This document shows, piece after piece, positions 1-10,172 of a stretch of 64,000 nucleotides of DNA; the first letter of the stretch is position 1; every line of letters starts with the position of its first letter. This stretch comes from an uncultured Gemmatimonadales bacterium (GTDB lineage: Bacteria > Gemmatimonadota > Gemmatimonadetes > Gemmatimonadales > GWC2-71-9), in assembly GCA_963739455.1 (NCBI GenBank), contig CAVUAK010000001.1:1815229-1879228 (forward strand), read 5' to 3'. The notes beneath the pieces are model-generated. The model worked only from the letters and a program-made list of their open reading frames with translations. It searched no databases and was not told the DNA's origin. The translations under genes and the position numbers were made by a program.

Positions 1-204
1 CTGAAGCAACTGCTGGATACGACGGACGGGAACCTGAGCGTGCACGCCCGCAAGCTCGAGGACGCGGGATACGTGCGGTGCAGCAAGAGCTTCGAGGGTC
101 GCACTCCGCGCACCGACTACCAGCTGACTGGCGCCGGTCGCCAGGCGCTCGAGCGGTATCTCGCGCACATGGAGGCCCTGATCCGGGCGACGAGGAAGGG
201 ATAG
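1..204 (+). CDS. winged-helix transcriptional regulator, C-terminal fragment (5' end outside window)
   Basis: Frame open from base 1 to TAG 202-204. LSVHARKLEDAGYVRCSKSFEGRTPRTDYQLTGAGRQALERYLAHMEALI reads as recognition helix, wing and dimerisation helix of small MarR/ArsR-like regulators. Confidence 0.6.
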   Translation: MKQLLDTTDGNLSVHARKLEDAGYVRCSKSFEGRTPRTDYQLTGAGRQALERYLAHMEALIRATRKG

Positions 205-238
205 GAACAGGGAACAGGGAACAAGGAACAAGGAACAG
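204..238 (+). repeat. five tandem heptamers GGAACAG/GGAACAA
   Basis: Direct reading: GGAACAG GGAACAG GGAACAA GGAACAA GGAACAG, starting at the regulator stop codon. Related GGGAACAGGGAA tracts lie at 42145-42171 and 43837-43860 on the minus strand. Confidence 0.9.
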
Positions 239-274
239 GGGATCGATCGCGGTCCCCATTTTCGGCAGTTGTAA

Positions 275-291
275 ACTTTGTGAGACAAAGT
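275..291 (+). promoter_or_regulatory. perfect 7-3-7 palindrome ACTTTGT-GAG-ACAAAGT in an AT-rich patch (candidate operator/promoter)
   Basis: Palindrome read directly. It is flanked by TTGTAA (269-274) and ACTTGT (292-297), and followed by SD AGGAGGG (300-306) and ATG 311. It lies directly downstream of a wHTH regulator gene. Confidence 0.35.
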
Positions 292-310
292 ACTTGTTCA
301 GGAGGGCATC

Positions 311-936
311 ATGCTGCGAATCGATCCTGAGTACCACACTCGGACTGCTGCTGCGACTGGGGGGCCTGGCATCCTTTCTCCTGCTCTCCGCGTCCATCAC
401 CGGCGCACTTGCTGGTCGCGGCCATCGCGGTGGTCCGCGGTAACACACCGCTGTCGCGTCGCGCGGGAATGGTGGGCGTGACACTGCTCGGCACGTACGG
501 AGCGCTGCTCCTCGGCGGTCCGCTGCTGCTCGGACGTCGTACCCTGGCACCGGGACAGGAACTCGCCTTCTGTGGTGTCGACTGCCACCTCCACCTCACG
601 ACGACACATGTGGTCCGCAATGGCGGCATCGATGTGACGATGCGGGCGCGCAGCGACGCGCGTGAGGTGCCGGAGGATCCGCGCTACGTGGCAATCTCCG
701 TGGTCGATGCGCGCGGCACACGATATCATGCCGACTCGATGACGCTCGATACACCGCTCGGGCCGGGCGACTCATACGAGCGAACCTTGCACTTCGCCGT
801 GCCGGCATCGGCCACCGGGCTTCGGCTCGTCGGCACGTGGCAGGGATGGCCGGCCTACGTCATTCCTGGGCCCGACAACATTTTCGTGCAGCGGCGCAGT
901 GGCATCGTCCTGACGTCCGACTCGGTGTCGAGCTGA
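311..936 (+). CDS. hypothetical membrane-anchored protein; reading frame interrupted twice near the 5' end
   Basis: Strong SD plus ATG 311. The hydrophobic segments (ILSTTLGLLLRLGGLASFLLLSASITGAL / LVAAIAVV / MVGVTLLGTYGALLLGGPLLL) are contiguous only if the frame moves +1 at ~323 and ~408. The uninterrupted part is track ORF 409..936, a beta-rich soluble domain. Confidence 0.45.
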
Positions 937-2411
937 TGCGCGGCCGGGTCGCGCCGTTCCTGCTCGGAGGCGGCATCGCACTGGGTGTCGGCTGGCGGAT
1001 GCTGCAGCAGTCGGTACCTGAGCGGCTCGACTTCGCACTCGGGTTCGGGCTGTTGTTCATCGTGCTGGCTGTCGTGAGTCATCATGGTCACCTGCATCTT
1101 CCCGATTCCGACCGGGTAGTGGTCGGTGTACCCGCACTCCTGCTGGTGATCGCGCTCATCTGGCGCGACTCCGAAACCCTTTTCCTCGTCAACCTGCTCG
1201 CGCTGGCCGGGCTCGTCGCGCTTGCTCGACCGGTGCGGGTTGGGCTGAAGGCGCGCCTGCTGGACAGCGACGTTGGTGACCTGGTGCGTCGCGGCGTGCA
1301 CGCCGTGCGTGGGGCGACGTACGGAGCCTGGCCGCTGCTCCGTGCCATGCGCGGACCCGAGGCCAGCCGTTCGCCGAGGTCGCGATGGGCGGCGGGGTTC
1401 GGCGTCGTGGCTATCTCGCCGGTGCTGGTGCTGTTCAGCCTGCTGCTGGGCAGCGCCGACCCGGTATTCGAGCGGCTCCTTGGGCGTCTCGTCAATCCTG
1501 AGCTGGTCATCCAGCACGTTGTGCCCCTCATGCTCTGGTCCTGGCTCGGCACGGGCCTGCTCTGGGGCCTGACGCGCGCGCCGTTGGCTACCGAGACGGG
1601 GCCTGCCGGCGGGAAGGTCAGCTCGCCATTCGTCATCGGCGCGCTGGCGCCAATCGCCCTGCTCTTTCTTGCCTTCCTCGTGCTGCAGTCGCGCTACCTG
1701 TTTGGTGGCCGGGCCGTGGTGCTCGGCACGGCAGACCTCAGCTTCTCGGAGTATGCGCGTCGAGGCTTCTTCGAACTGGTGACGGTCTCGGCGGCGATGC
1801 TGCCGGTGCTCCTTGTGGCTGATTGGGCTGCCGACCAGCGATCAGCGCAGGACCAGCGGAGGTTCCGTTTCCTCGCCCGCACGCTGCTCGTGCTCCTGGC
1901 CGGGCTGCTCGGGTCGGCGCTCCTGCGGATGGCGATGTACACCGGCGAGTATGGCCTCACCGAGCAGCGGCTCTTCACCACGGCGTTCATGGCGTGGCTG
2001 GCGTTCGTCCTGGCGTGGTTCGCCGCGAGCGTGCTGCAGTCGCGCCGGGACCGCTTCTCCGCGGGCGCCCTGGGCGCCGCGCTGGCCACGCTGCTCCTGG
2101 TAAACGTTGCCGGGCCGGAGCAGGTAATTGTCCGGGTCAATGCGTGGCGCGCGGAGCGGGGCCGTCCATTTGACGCTCAGTACCTGGCGAGCCTGGGCGC
2201 CGGTGCCGTTCCCGCGGCGCTGGACGTGCTCGCCGGCCTGCCGGCCACCGCCCGGTGCGACGCGGCACGCCGCCTCGACGAGCGATGGAGTGGCGCGGCC
2301 AGCCGGGTACAGCAGACCTGGACCATCGAGCGGTGGCGCGCCACCGGCTCGATGCTCGAGGAATTGCGACATGCGGTCGACACGGCGTGCGACCTGAAGG
2401 GTAGAAGCTGA
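936..2411 (+). CDS. polytopic membrane protein (DUF4153/DUF4173-like from memory)
   Basis: ATG 936-938 shares one base with the TGA 934-936 of the upstream ORF. About 10 hydrophobic helices and an FSEYARRGFFELV segment. Intact 491-codon frame inside track ORF 837..2411. Confidence 0.6.
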   Translation: MRGRVAPFLLGGGIALGVGWRMLQQSVPERLDFALGFGLLFIVLAVVSHHGHLHLPDSDRVVVGVPALLLVIALIWRDSETLFLVNLLALAGLVALARPVRVGLKARLLDSDVGDLVRRGVHAVRGATYGAWPLLRAMRGPEASRSPRSRWAAGFGVVAISPVLVLFSLLLGSADPVFERLLGRLVNPELVIQHVVPLMLWSWLGTGLLWGLTRAPLATETGPAGGKVSSPFVIGALAPIALLFLAFLVLQSRYLFGGRAVVLGTADLSFSEYARRGFFELVTVSAAMLPVLLVADWAADQRSAQDQRRFRFLARTLLVLLAGLLGSALLRMAMYTGEYGLTEQRLFTTAFMAWLAFVLAWFAASVLQSRRDRFSAGALGAALATLLLVNVAGPEQVIVRVNAWRAERGRPFDAQYLASLGAGAVPAALDVLAGLPATARCDAARRLDERWSGAASRVQQTWTIERWRATGSMLEELRHAVDTACDLKGRS

Positions 2412-2412
2412 G

Positions 2413-3337
2413 GTGCGTATCATTCAGCCCGGCATGAAGACACCTTCTCGCGCTCCCGACCGGTCGCAGGTCGACCGCGTACCGCCCAGTCTCGCCGGCG
2501 GTCGCGGGTCGCTTTCCCGTCGCCACTTCCTCGCCGCGGCTGCGACGGCGGGCGCGGCGGGGGTTGGCCTGTCTGGATACGCCTTCGGGCCAGCGGCAAC
2601 GACGGTCGAATTGACCCGGCACGAGCCTGCCGGTTCCGGGTCTCGCACCGTCTCTCAAGGGCCTGCGCATCGCGCATGTGTCTGACGTGCACCTTCCTGC
2701 GAACCAGGGCGCGGTGCGCCACGCCCTGGCCCTGCTCGAGGCGGAGCGACCAGAAGTGGTCATCCTTACGGGTGACATCGTCGAGCGCTACCAGGCGCTG
2801 GACGCCCTCATCGAGTTCGCGCGACGCGCGCGCGGTACCGTCGGCACGTACGCCGTCATTGGAAACTGGGAGCGGTCTGGCGGGATCCGGCCTGACGATG
2901 CCCGAAGGGCGTACGCGGCGGCCGGCGTGCAGTTTCTCTGCAATGAGACGGCGATGCTCAAGGTCGGCGCCGCGCGACTGGGAATTGTCGGCCTCGACGA
3001 CTGGGTGAGCGGTCGGCCCGATCCTGCGGAGGCGCTCGCGCGCGTGGATGGCGGTGACGCCATGGTGTGGGCGCTTCACGCCCCCGGCTATGCCGACCTG
3101 TTGCCCGTGGGCGCGCCAGCGTCAGTGGTGCTCGCCGGGCACACGCACGGAGGGCAGATCAGGCTTCCGCTGCTCCCGGCCCTGAGGCCGTCGGGGTCGG
3201 GCCGCTTCCTGGAGGGGTGGTACGATACGCCGGCCGCGCCACTCTACGTGTCTCGGGGCGTTGGTACGACGGACATCCGCGCGCGATTCAACTGCCCTGC
3301 GGAGCTTCCCCTGTTCACCCTGGTACCCACCCGATGA
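2413..3337 (+). CDS. Tat-signal calcineurin-like metallophosphoesterase (YkuE-like); frame interrupted at ~2626
   Basis: Track ORF 2413..2685 carries the twin-arginine signal SRRHFLAAAATAGAAGVGL. The catalytic part is in the +1 frame: LKGLRIAHVSDVHL, LTGDIV, GNWE, LAGHTHGG (track ORF 2678..3337). The junction reads cac gag c ctg ccg. An alternative ATG is at 2434. Confidence 0.75.
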
Positions 3338-3390
3338 ATCCGATTGGGTGCTGGTGACGTTACCATGCTGACCACTACCGGACAGGCACG

Positions 3391-4024
3391 ATGATCAGGC
3401 GATTGCTGGGCTCCATCACGCTCGCGGCAGCGCTGCCGCTGCTGCTTGCCTCGACCCCTCGCGCTGGGGCGCGAGGCGAGCAAACCATTGTGTTCGCTGG
3501 CGGCTGCTTCTGGGGCGTCGAGGCGGTGTTCGAGCACGTGAAGGGAGTGACATCTGCGGTATCCGGCTATGCGGGCGGCACGACGCAGTCGCCGACGTAC
3601 GGGGAAGTGAGCACGGGGAACACCGGTCACGCGGAATCGGTGCAAGTGGTGTTCGATCCTTCGCAGGTAAGCCTCGAACAGTTCCTGCAGGTGTTCTTCA
3701 TGGTGGCGCACGACCCGACGCTACTCAATCGCCAGGGGCCGGATGTCGGCACGCAGTATCGGTCGGCGGTTTTCTATTCTGGGCCGGCCCAGCAGCAGGC
3801 AGTCCAGGCGTATATCGCGGCGCTGACACAGAAGAAGGTGTATCCCCGGCCGATCGTCACCCAGGTGGCGCCACTCACCGTGTTCTATCCGGCGGAGGCT
3901 TACCACCAGGGCTACTTGGCACTTCATCCGTACCAGCCGTACATCGTGATCAACGACATGCCCAAGCTGGACAACCTTCGCCGCAACTTCCCGGCGACTC
4001 TACCGGGAGTCGCCCGCGACCTGA
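3391..4024 (+). CDS. msrA: peptide-methionine (S)-S-oxide reductase MsrA with signal peptide; probable +1 disruption at ~3997
   Basis: GGCFWGVEAVF active-site motif with AESVQVVFDP and YHQGYL. As read, the ORF runs on to 4209, through the convergent gene. Removing one base at ~3997 gives the family-like end FPALYRESPAT and TGA 4022-4024. Confidence 0.8.
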
Positions 4025-4027
4025 GGG

Positions 4028-4853
4028 TCAGCCGACGGCAGCGAGGTTGTACATCGCGCGGAAGGCACGGAACACTTCGCGATAGTCCGTGTGGGTGTAC
4101 GACAGGGTCCGTCCGTCGCGACGCTCCGAGCCCGGCACCAGTTCCGCGTTGTCGGCGTGCTGCGTCAGCGCGAACTCCACCTCGAGTGTCACCGGCGACG
4201 TCAGCGTGAACGGCGCATGCTTCCGCTGCAGTGCACCGCGTGGCCCCGGCGCGAATGCGCCGGCACGACTCGGTCGGTGACACGCTGCGCGCCGAGAACC
4301 GGCCCACCGCTTCCTTCACGACTACCGCCTCGAGGTCCGCGCCCAGCAGCGCATGCGCTTCCGCCGCCAGGGCCTGGTCGCCCGAGACCATCACGACCGG
4401 CACACCGAAGGCACCGGCCACCGCCGCGTTGAGCCCGAGTTCTCCCACCGGACGGCCGTTCAGCTTCACCTGGTGGATCTTGTCGGTATAGGTGTGATCG
4501 ATGGTCGCGTGCTTCGTGCCGGCCATCGCGTGATATCCGATGCACATCACCGCGTCGAACCCGCCGTCCACGCCTTCCATCATCGAGAGTCGCTTCGGGC
4601 CGCTGGAGATGAGCTCGGCGGCCTCGTGCAGTTCCTCGGCGAGCAGGTTCCGCATGAGCCAGTGCGAGTCATTGACGAGGATGCGGCTGGCGCCGGCACT
4701 GGCGGCACCCTGGATCGCCGCGTTGGCCTCGTCGGTCATGAGGCGACGGAATCGGGCGTACTCGACGGCGTGCGCGGGGTTGACGGGATCGGTCTGGTCC
4801 TCGTGCGCCACGCCGGCGACGCCTTCCATGTCGACCGAGATGTAGACGTTCAT
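4028..4853 (-). CDS. M55 family D-aminopeptidase (Bacillus DppA-type); frame interrupted at ~4235
   Basis: N-terminus MNVYISVDMEGVAGV... is typical of peptidase M55. A coherent C-terminus (PFTLTSPVTLEVEFALTQHADNAELVPGSERRDGRTLSYTHTDYREVFRAFRAMYNLAAVG, stop at 4028-4030) lies in the next frame. Length is 825+1 nt. Confidence 0.75.
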
Positions 4854-4868
4854 CGGGAAGTTCCGTCC

Positions 4869-5216
4869 TCAGTAGACGCGCCCGCCCAGGGGCACGTCGC
4901 GATCGGGGGCGATGAGCACGACGTGCCCATCCTCGTTCGGCAGGCCCAGCACGAGCACCTCGGACGCGAATCCCGCCACCTTGCGCGTCCCCAGGTTCAC
5001 CGCCGCCACGATCTGTCGGCCGATCAGGTCGTCCGCGGTGTACAGCTCGGTGAGCTTGGCGCTCGACGTGCGCATGCCGAGCGAGCCGAAGTCGATCCAC
5101 AGGCAGAAGGCCGGTACGCGCGCCTTGGCGTTCGGTTCGCAGCGAGTGATGCGACCGACGCGCAAGTCGAGGATGCCGAAGGCGTCGAGGGGGGTGGTCA
5201 TGCGAGCAGCTCCCCG
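4869..5216 (-). CDS. CsaA-like tRNA-binding (EMAP/Myf) domain protein
   Basis: MTTPLDAFGILDLRVGRITRCEPNAKARVPAFCLWIDFG...VLVLG matches the CsaA/YgjH pattern. Its ATG overlaps the inferred phzF-like stop as ATGA (5213-5216). Confidence 0.7.
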   Translation of the reverse strand, partial: RGAARMTTPLDAFGILDLRVGRITRCEPNAKARVPAFCLWIDFGSLGMRTSSAKLTELYTADDLIGRQIVAAVNLGTRKVAGFASEVLVLGLPNEDGHVVLIAPDRDVPLGGRVY

Positions 5217-5997
5217 CGCAGCACGGTGACGGCGTGTCCGCTGAGGAGCACGCGATCGCCGATCCAGCCGCACCCGCACCGTGCCACCGCGGGGCGATGC
5301 CTGGAAGCCGACGAGTGCATCCCGCCCGAAGATACCGGCCCAGTAGGGAGCCAGCGCGCAGTGGGCGGAGCCGGTCACCGGGTCTTCGTCGACGCCCGAC
5401 TGCGGACCGAAGAAGCGGGAGACGAAGTCGTGCGCGCCGTCATCGCCTGGTGCCGTGACGATGACGCCGCGGCAGGGGAGGGCACCATACCAGCGCGTAG
5501 TCGGGTGTCGCGCTGCCGCACCGCGTCCGGCATTCTCGAGGCGGGCCACCAGGTCGAACCGTGACCGTCCGGCCCACTCCACCGGCGCGCACACGGCGGC
5601 CGCAAGGCTCGAGGCGAAGGCGGGAGCCGGATCAGCGGGTGTTGCCGGAAAGTCGAGCTCGATGAGGCCGTCTCTCTGGTGCGGCGGTGAGCCACCCGCT
5701 CTTCGTGTGGAAGCGCGCGGTGGTGCCGGTCGGGAGGCGCCTTGTTTCCCAGAGCGCGTGCGCGCTTGCCAGCGTGGCGTGTCCACAGAGGTCCACCTCG
5801 CAGGTGGGCGTGAACCACCTGAGGTCGAAGCCGTCGTGGCGCGGCGACACGAACGCTGTCTCGGCGAGGTTCATCTCCGCCGCCACCGCCTGCATCCAGT
5901 CCTCGTCGCGGGCCGCCTCGAGCAGGCACACCGCGGCAGGGTTGCCGTGGAACGGGCGGTCGGTGAAGGCATCGACCTGAAAGAGTGGAATGGTCAT
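5213..5997 (-). pseudogene. PhzF-family isomerase, at least two frame disruptions (~5680, ~5261; possibly more at 5490-5540)
   Basis: [23 protein letters not shown] and EVDLCGHATLA lie in track ORF 5632..5997. DFVSRFFGPQSGVDEDPVTGSAHCALAPYW lies in track ORF 4869..5786. The end GDRVLLSGHAVTVLRGELLA* is in a third frame. Confidence 0.7.
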
Positions 5998-6386
5998 GGG
6001 TCCTCGTCGATGACGGCGTCGACCTCGATTTCCACCAGGTGCGCGGGGTCGATGAGCCGGCGTACCTCGACCATGGTGGCGGCGGGGCGCACATCGCGGA
6101 AGAACTCACCATGTGCGCGGCCGACCTCTTCCCAGCGCGAAATATCGGTCACGAACATCCGCGTCCGGACGACGTGGCGCAGTCCGGCGCCCGCCTCGTT
6201 GAGTGCTTTCTCGATCGTGACGAGCGCCTGCCGTGCCTGCACATAGGCATCGCCCTCGCCCACGACCTTGCCGTCGGCGCCAGTCGCGGTCGTGCCGGCC
6301 ACGTGGACCAGGTTCCCGGTCCGGACGGCGCGGGAGTAACCCACGATCGATTCCCACGGTGCGCCGGAGCTGATCAATTGTCGCAT
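5994..6386 (-). CDS. ridA: RidA/YjgF-family reactive-intermediate deaminase
   Basis: Intact 130-aa ORF with a YjgF/UK114-like sequence (VHVAGTTA...VRTRMFVTD...EIEVDAVI). Its TGA overlaps the downstream ATG as ATGA at 5994-5997. Confidence 0.8.
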   Translation of the reverse strand: MRQLISSGAPWESIVGYSRAVRTGNLVHVAGTTATGADGKVVGEGDAYVQARQALVTIEKALNEAGAGLRHVVRTRMFVTDISRWEEVGRAHGEFFRDVRPAATMVEVRRLIDPAHLVEIEVDAVIDEDP

Positions 6387-6400
6387 GACGACTCTCGCAT

Positions 6401-7402
6401 TCAGGGTGTCGACTCAGCGTAGTGACATGCCACCTGCACGCCGGCCAGCGGCCGGAGCTCCGGACGTTCGGTGCGGCACCGCTCGTCGCGCTTCGGGTGG
6501 AAGCAGCGCGTGTGGAAGGCGCATCCCGGTGGGGGCGCTGCGGGGCTCGGCGGGTCGCCACTCAGGACGATGCGGCCGGCCATCGGCGTGACACTGGCCT
6601 CGGGCACCGCCGAGCGGAGGGCCACCGTGTACGGATGCCGGGGCGCACTGAGGACCCGGTCGGCCGCGCCCGTCTCCACGATACGCCCGAGGTACATCAC
6701 CGCAATGCGGTCGGCGACCTGGCGCACCACGGCGAGGTCGTGCGCAATGAACAGGTAGGACAGGCTCCTGGCCCGCTGCAGGTCGGACAGGAGGTTGAGC
6801 ACCTGCGCCTGGACCGAGACATCGAGCGACGATACCGGCTCGTCGCAGATGATGAGCTCGGGTTCGACGGCGAGCGCACGGGCAATGCCGATCCGCTGGC
6901 GCTGGCCACCCGAGAATTCGTGCGGGTACCGGGTGGCATAGCCGGGGTCCAGGCCCACCTCCTCCAGCAGCGTGGCGACGCGCCCGCGGCGCTGCGGCTG
7001 GGTGCCGATGTGATGGATGTCCATCCCTTCCGCAATCGCGTCACCCACCGTCATGCGCGGATTGAGCGAGCCATAGGGATCCTGGAAGATCATCTGCACC
7101 CGCCGGCGAAAGGCGCGCAGTGCATCGGGGCCCAGCGTGAAGATGTCGGTGCCATCGAGGAGCGCCTGCCCCGATGTCGGCTCCTGCAGCCGGATGATGG
7201 TGCGCCCCACGGTGGTCTTGCCGCATCCCGACTCGCCCACGAGGCCGAGGGTCTCACCGCGACCGAGCGTCAGCGATACACCGTCGACCGCTCGCACCGG
7301 TGGCGCGCTGCGACCGAGCAGCGCGCGCGCGCCATAGTGCTTGACCAGGTCGCGTACGTCGAGCAGCGGTGTGATGCGAGTGGCGCCGTCATGCGTCGTC
7401 AC
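6401..7402 (-). CDS. peptide ABC transporter ATP-binding protein (OppF/DppF-type)
   Basis: Walker [10 protein letters not shown], signature [15 protein letters not shown], Walker [13 protein letters not shown] and an Opp C-terminal Cys/His tail. GTG 7402 chosen as start; the upstream part of track ORF 6401..7660 is non-protein-like. Confidence 0.85.
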   Translation of the reverse strand: MTTHDGATRITPLLDVRDLVKHYGARALLGRSAPPVRAVDGVSLTLGRGETLGLVGESGCGKTTVGRTIIRLQEPTSGQALLDGTDIFTLGPDALRAFRRRVQMIFQDPYGSLNPRMTVGDAIAEGMDIHHIGTQPQRRGRVATLLEEVGLDPGYATRYPHEFSGGQRQRIGIARALAVEPELIICDEPVSSLDVSVQAQVLNLLSDLQRARSLSYLFIAHDLAVVRQVADRIAVMYLGRIVETGAADRVLSAPRHPYTVALRSAVPEASVTPMAGRIVLSGDPPSPAAPPPGCAFHTRCFHPKRDERCRTERPELRPLAGVQVACHYAESTP

Positions 7403-8364
7403 CGGCCAGCCAGCAGCGGGCTTCGTGACCGGGAGCTGCCCGGCGCAAGGTGGGCATCCTGTCACACCGCTCGAATCGCTCCGGACACCGCGGGCCGAAG
7501 CGGCAGCCGGTGGGCCATGCCGTGGGTGGCGGCACCGAGCCCGCAATGGGTGTGAGTCGCGCGCGGGCGCCGGTAATGGTCGGCACGGAGCCGAACAAGC
7601 CACGGGTATACGGGTGGGCCGGTGCCTCGAACACCTGGCGCGTCGAGGCGCGCTCGACAATCTGTCCCGCGTACATCACGCACATGTCATCGGCCCGCCC
7701 CGCCACGACGCCGAGGTCGTGCGTGATCAGGAGCACCGCCATGCCGCGCTCCTGGCGCAGGCGGTCGAGCAGCTCGAGGATCTGCGCCTGCACCGTCACG
7801 TCGAGCGCCGTCGTCGGCTCATCGGCGATGAGGATCTCCGGCTCGGCGGCAAGCGCGATGGCGATCATGACGCGCTGGCGCATGCCGCCGCTCAGCTGGT
7901 GCGGATACTCGCCCAGCCGACGCGACGGGATCGGCGATGCCGACCTCGCCCAGCAGTGCCTCGGCGCGCGCCAGCGCGTCGCGCCGCGAGACGTCGCGAT
8001 GTGCTCGCACCGCCTCGGCGATCTGGTCTCCCGCCGTGAGCACCGGGTTGAGGCTCGTCATCGGGTCCTGGAAGACCATGCCGATGCGCCCACCTCGCAC
8101 GCTGCGCATCGCGTCCTCGTCGAACGACATGACGTCCTTGCCCTCGAGCCGGATCACGCTGGACGCGTCCACGCGACCGGGCGGCGGCACGAGGCGCAGC
8201 AGCGCCAGGCCGGTGAGGCTCTTGCCGCAGCCCGACTCGCCCACGAGTGCGAGGGTGCGGCCGCGCTCGAGCGCGAAGCTCACGCCATCCACCGGGTGGA
8301 TGGTGCGACCGCCACTGGCGGGGAAGCTGACGCGCAGGTCGCGCACTTCGAGGAGGGGTGTCAT
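7389..8364 (-). CDS. peptide ABC transporter ATP-binding protein (OppD/DppD-type); frame interrupted at ~7926
   Basis: The N-terminal half (Walker [10 protein letters not shown]) is in track ORF 7819..8463. [42 protein letters not shown] continues in track ORF 7389..7883. The junction reads gat ccc g tcg cgt. The ATG overlaps the permease stop as ATGA. Confidence 0.85.
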
Positions 8365-9207
8365 GCGCTCCGGGGATCGAGGGCCTCGCGCAGCGCGTCG
8401 CCGACCAGGTTCACGGACAGCACGGTCAGCACGATGACCAGGCCGGGAAAGATGCTCGTCCACGGCGCCGTGACGAAGACGGCGCGGCTGTCGAGGACCA
8501 TCCCGCCGAGCGACGGCGTCGGTGGACGGATGCCGAGGCCAAGATACGTGAGGCCGGCTTCCAGCAGGATGACGTCACCCACGCCGAGTGTGCCGGCCAC
8601 GAGGATCGGCGCCGCGACATTCGGCAGCAGGTGACGAAGCGCGATCCGGAGCCTGCCGGCGCCGAGCGCCTCGGCCGCGCGCACGAAGTCCTCGCCCCTG
8701 AGGCGAACGGTCTCGGCGCGCACGAGCCGGCTCGTCCCGTACCATCCGGTCAGTGCCAGCAGCAGCACGAGCGCGGGCAGCGGCACTCGATCCCAGACGG
8801 CGAGCACGAGGAGCAGGACGAAGAGCCGGGGTATCGCCAGCAGGGCATCGACCGTCCGCATCAGCAAGGTGTCCACCAGGCCCGCGCGCGTCCCGGCGAT
8901 GAGCCCCACCGCGGCACCGAGTAGCACCGCAAGGAACGCCGAGACGAGCCCGATGACGAGGGAAAGCCTCAGCCCGTTCACGATACGGGAGAGCACGTCA
9001 CGGCTCAGCTGGTCGGTGCCCAGCAGGTGGCCCGCTCCCGGTGGACAGGAGCGACTCGGTGAGCAGGTCGCCTTGCACGGTGGGGCTCGGGAGCACGAAA
9101 GGCCCGATCAGGGCGATGAGCGCCAGGAGCACAAGCGCAACGATGCCCGCGCGTCCGCCCGGGCGGCTCCAGACCGCCTGCAGCAGGGCGACTGGTCGCG
9201 AGGTCAC
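8361..9207 (-). CDS. peptide ABC transporter permease (OppC/DppC-type); frame interrupted at ~9042
   Basis: N-terminal TM ([18 protein letters not shown]) is in track ORF 8998..9237. [29 protein letters not shown]... and the rest are in track ORF 8361..8996. The GTG overlaps the oppB-like stop as GTGA. Confidence 0.85.
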
Positions 9208-10171
9208 TCGACGCGCGCTCGCGGATCGAGCAGGCAATGGAGCACGTCACTGACGAAGCTGCCGGTCACCACCGCGCGGTCGCCACGACGGCAGTGCCCA
9301 TGAGCAGGGGATAGTCCCGCGCGGCCGCCGCACCGGCGGTGAGGCTGCCGATGCCCCTGCCACGCAAAGACCTGTTCCACGAAGACGGCGCCCACCACGA
9401 GAATCGGGAGCCAGAGCCCGAACAGGGTCAGCACGGAGGGCAGTGCCGATCGCCAGGCGTGTCCCCACGTGACGCGGCGATCGGTGAGCCCGCGCGCGCG
9501 CGCGGCGGCGACAAATGGCTGCCGCAGCGCTTCCAGCATTGCGGCGCGCTGGTAGCGCATGCTCGAGGCGATGCTGACCGCGGCCAGCGTGAGCGCGGGA
9601 AGGATGAGGTGTCGCAGCCGGTCGAGAGACGACGACAGCACCGCCAGCTCCCTCGAGGCCGGGATCCTGTGAGCCAGCGGCGGGCAGCCAGTGCAGCCGG
9701 ACCGCAAAGGTCAGCACCAGCATGAGGCCGAGCCAGAAGGACGGCATGGCATAGCCGGTCAGCGACAGCGTCGTGAGGATCCGGTCGAGCGGCCGACCAC
9801 GATGCAGGGCCTGCTGCACGCCCAGCCAGAGTCCCAGCGTGAAGTTGATGAGCAGGACCGTGGCGCCGAGCAGCAGCGTGCGCGGAAGGCGTTCGAGGAC
9901 GAGCTGCGTTACCGGCCTGCCGTACTGGATGGAGGTCCCGAAATCGCCCCGCAGCGCGCCGCCCATGAAGGCGGTGAACTGGCTGCCGATCGGCTGGTCG
10001 AGCTGGTAGCGGCGTTGCAGGTCGCGCACCTGCGCGCTGGTGAGCGGGCCGGTCTTCGGTCAGGACCGCGAGCGGGTCGCCGGGCAGGCTGCGAATGAGG
10101 AAAAAGAGCAGCGTGAGCGCAACGAGGGCGGTGACCACCGCCTGAAGCGCCCGACGCGCGAGCCAGTTCAC
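9204..10171 (-). pseudogene. peptide ABC transporter permease (OppB/DppB-type), at least four frame disruptions (~10049, ~9660, ~9355, ~9276)
   Basis: A continuous OppB-like sequence appears only by hopping between track ORFs 9428..10171, 9247..10029 and 9204..9707 plus a short fourth segment (IGSLTAGAAAARDYPLLMGTAVV). There are no in-frame stops inside the conserved segments. Confidence 0.8.
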
Positions 10172-10172
10172 C

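Noticed and set aside
3391-4209. Taking the as-read 272-aa MsrA ORF at face value
   Set aside because: The last ~60 residues are Arg/Cys/Pro-rich and run 180 nt into the convergent peptidase gene. A one-base correction at ~3997 gives a family-like C-terminus ending 3 nt before the peptidase stop.
4869-5786. 305-aa ORF as a single PhzF-CsaA fusion protein
   Set aside because: The PhzF end GDRVLLSGHAVTVLRGELLA* is present in the adjacent frame, and its TGA overlaps the CsaA ATG (ATGA). The fusion is created by a one-base shift at ~5261.
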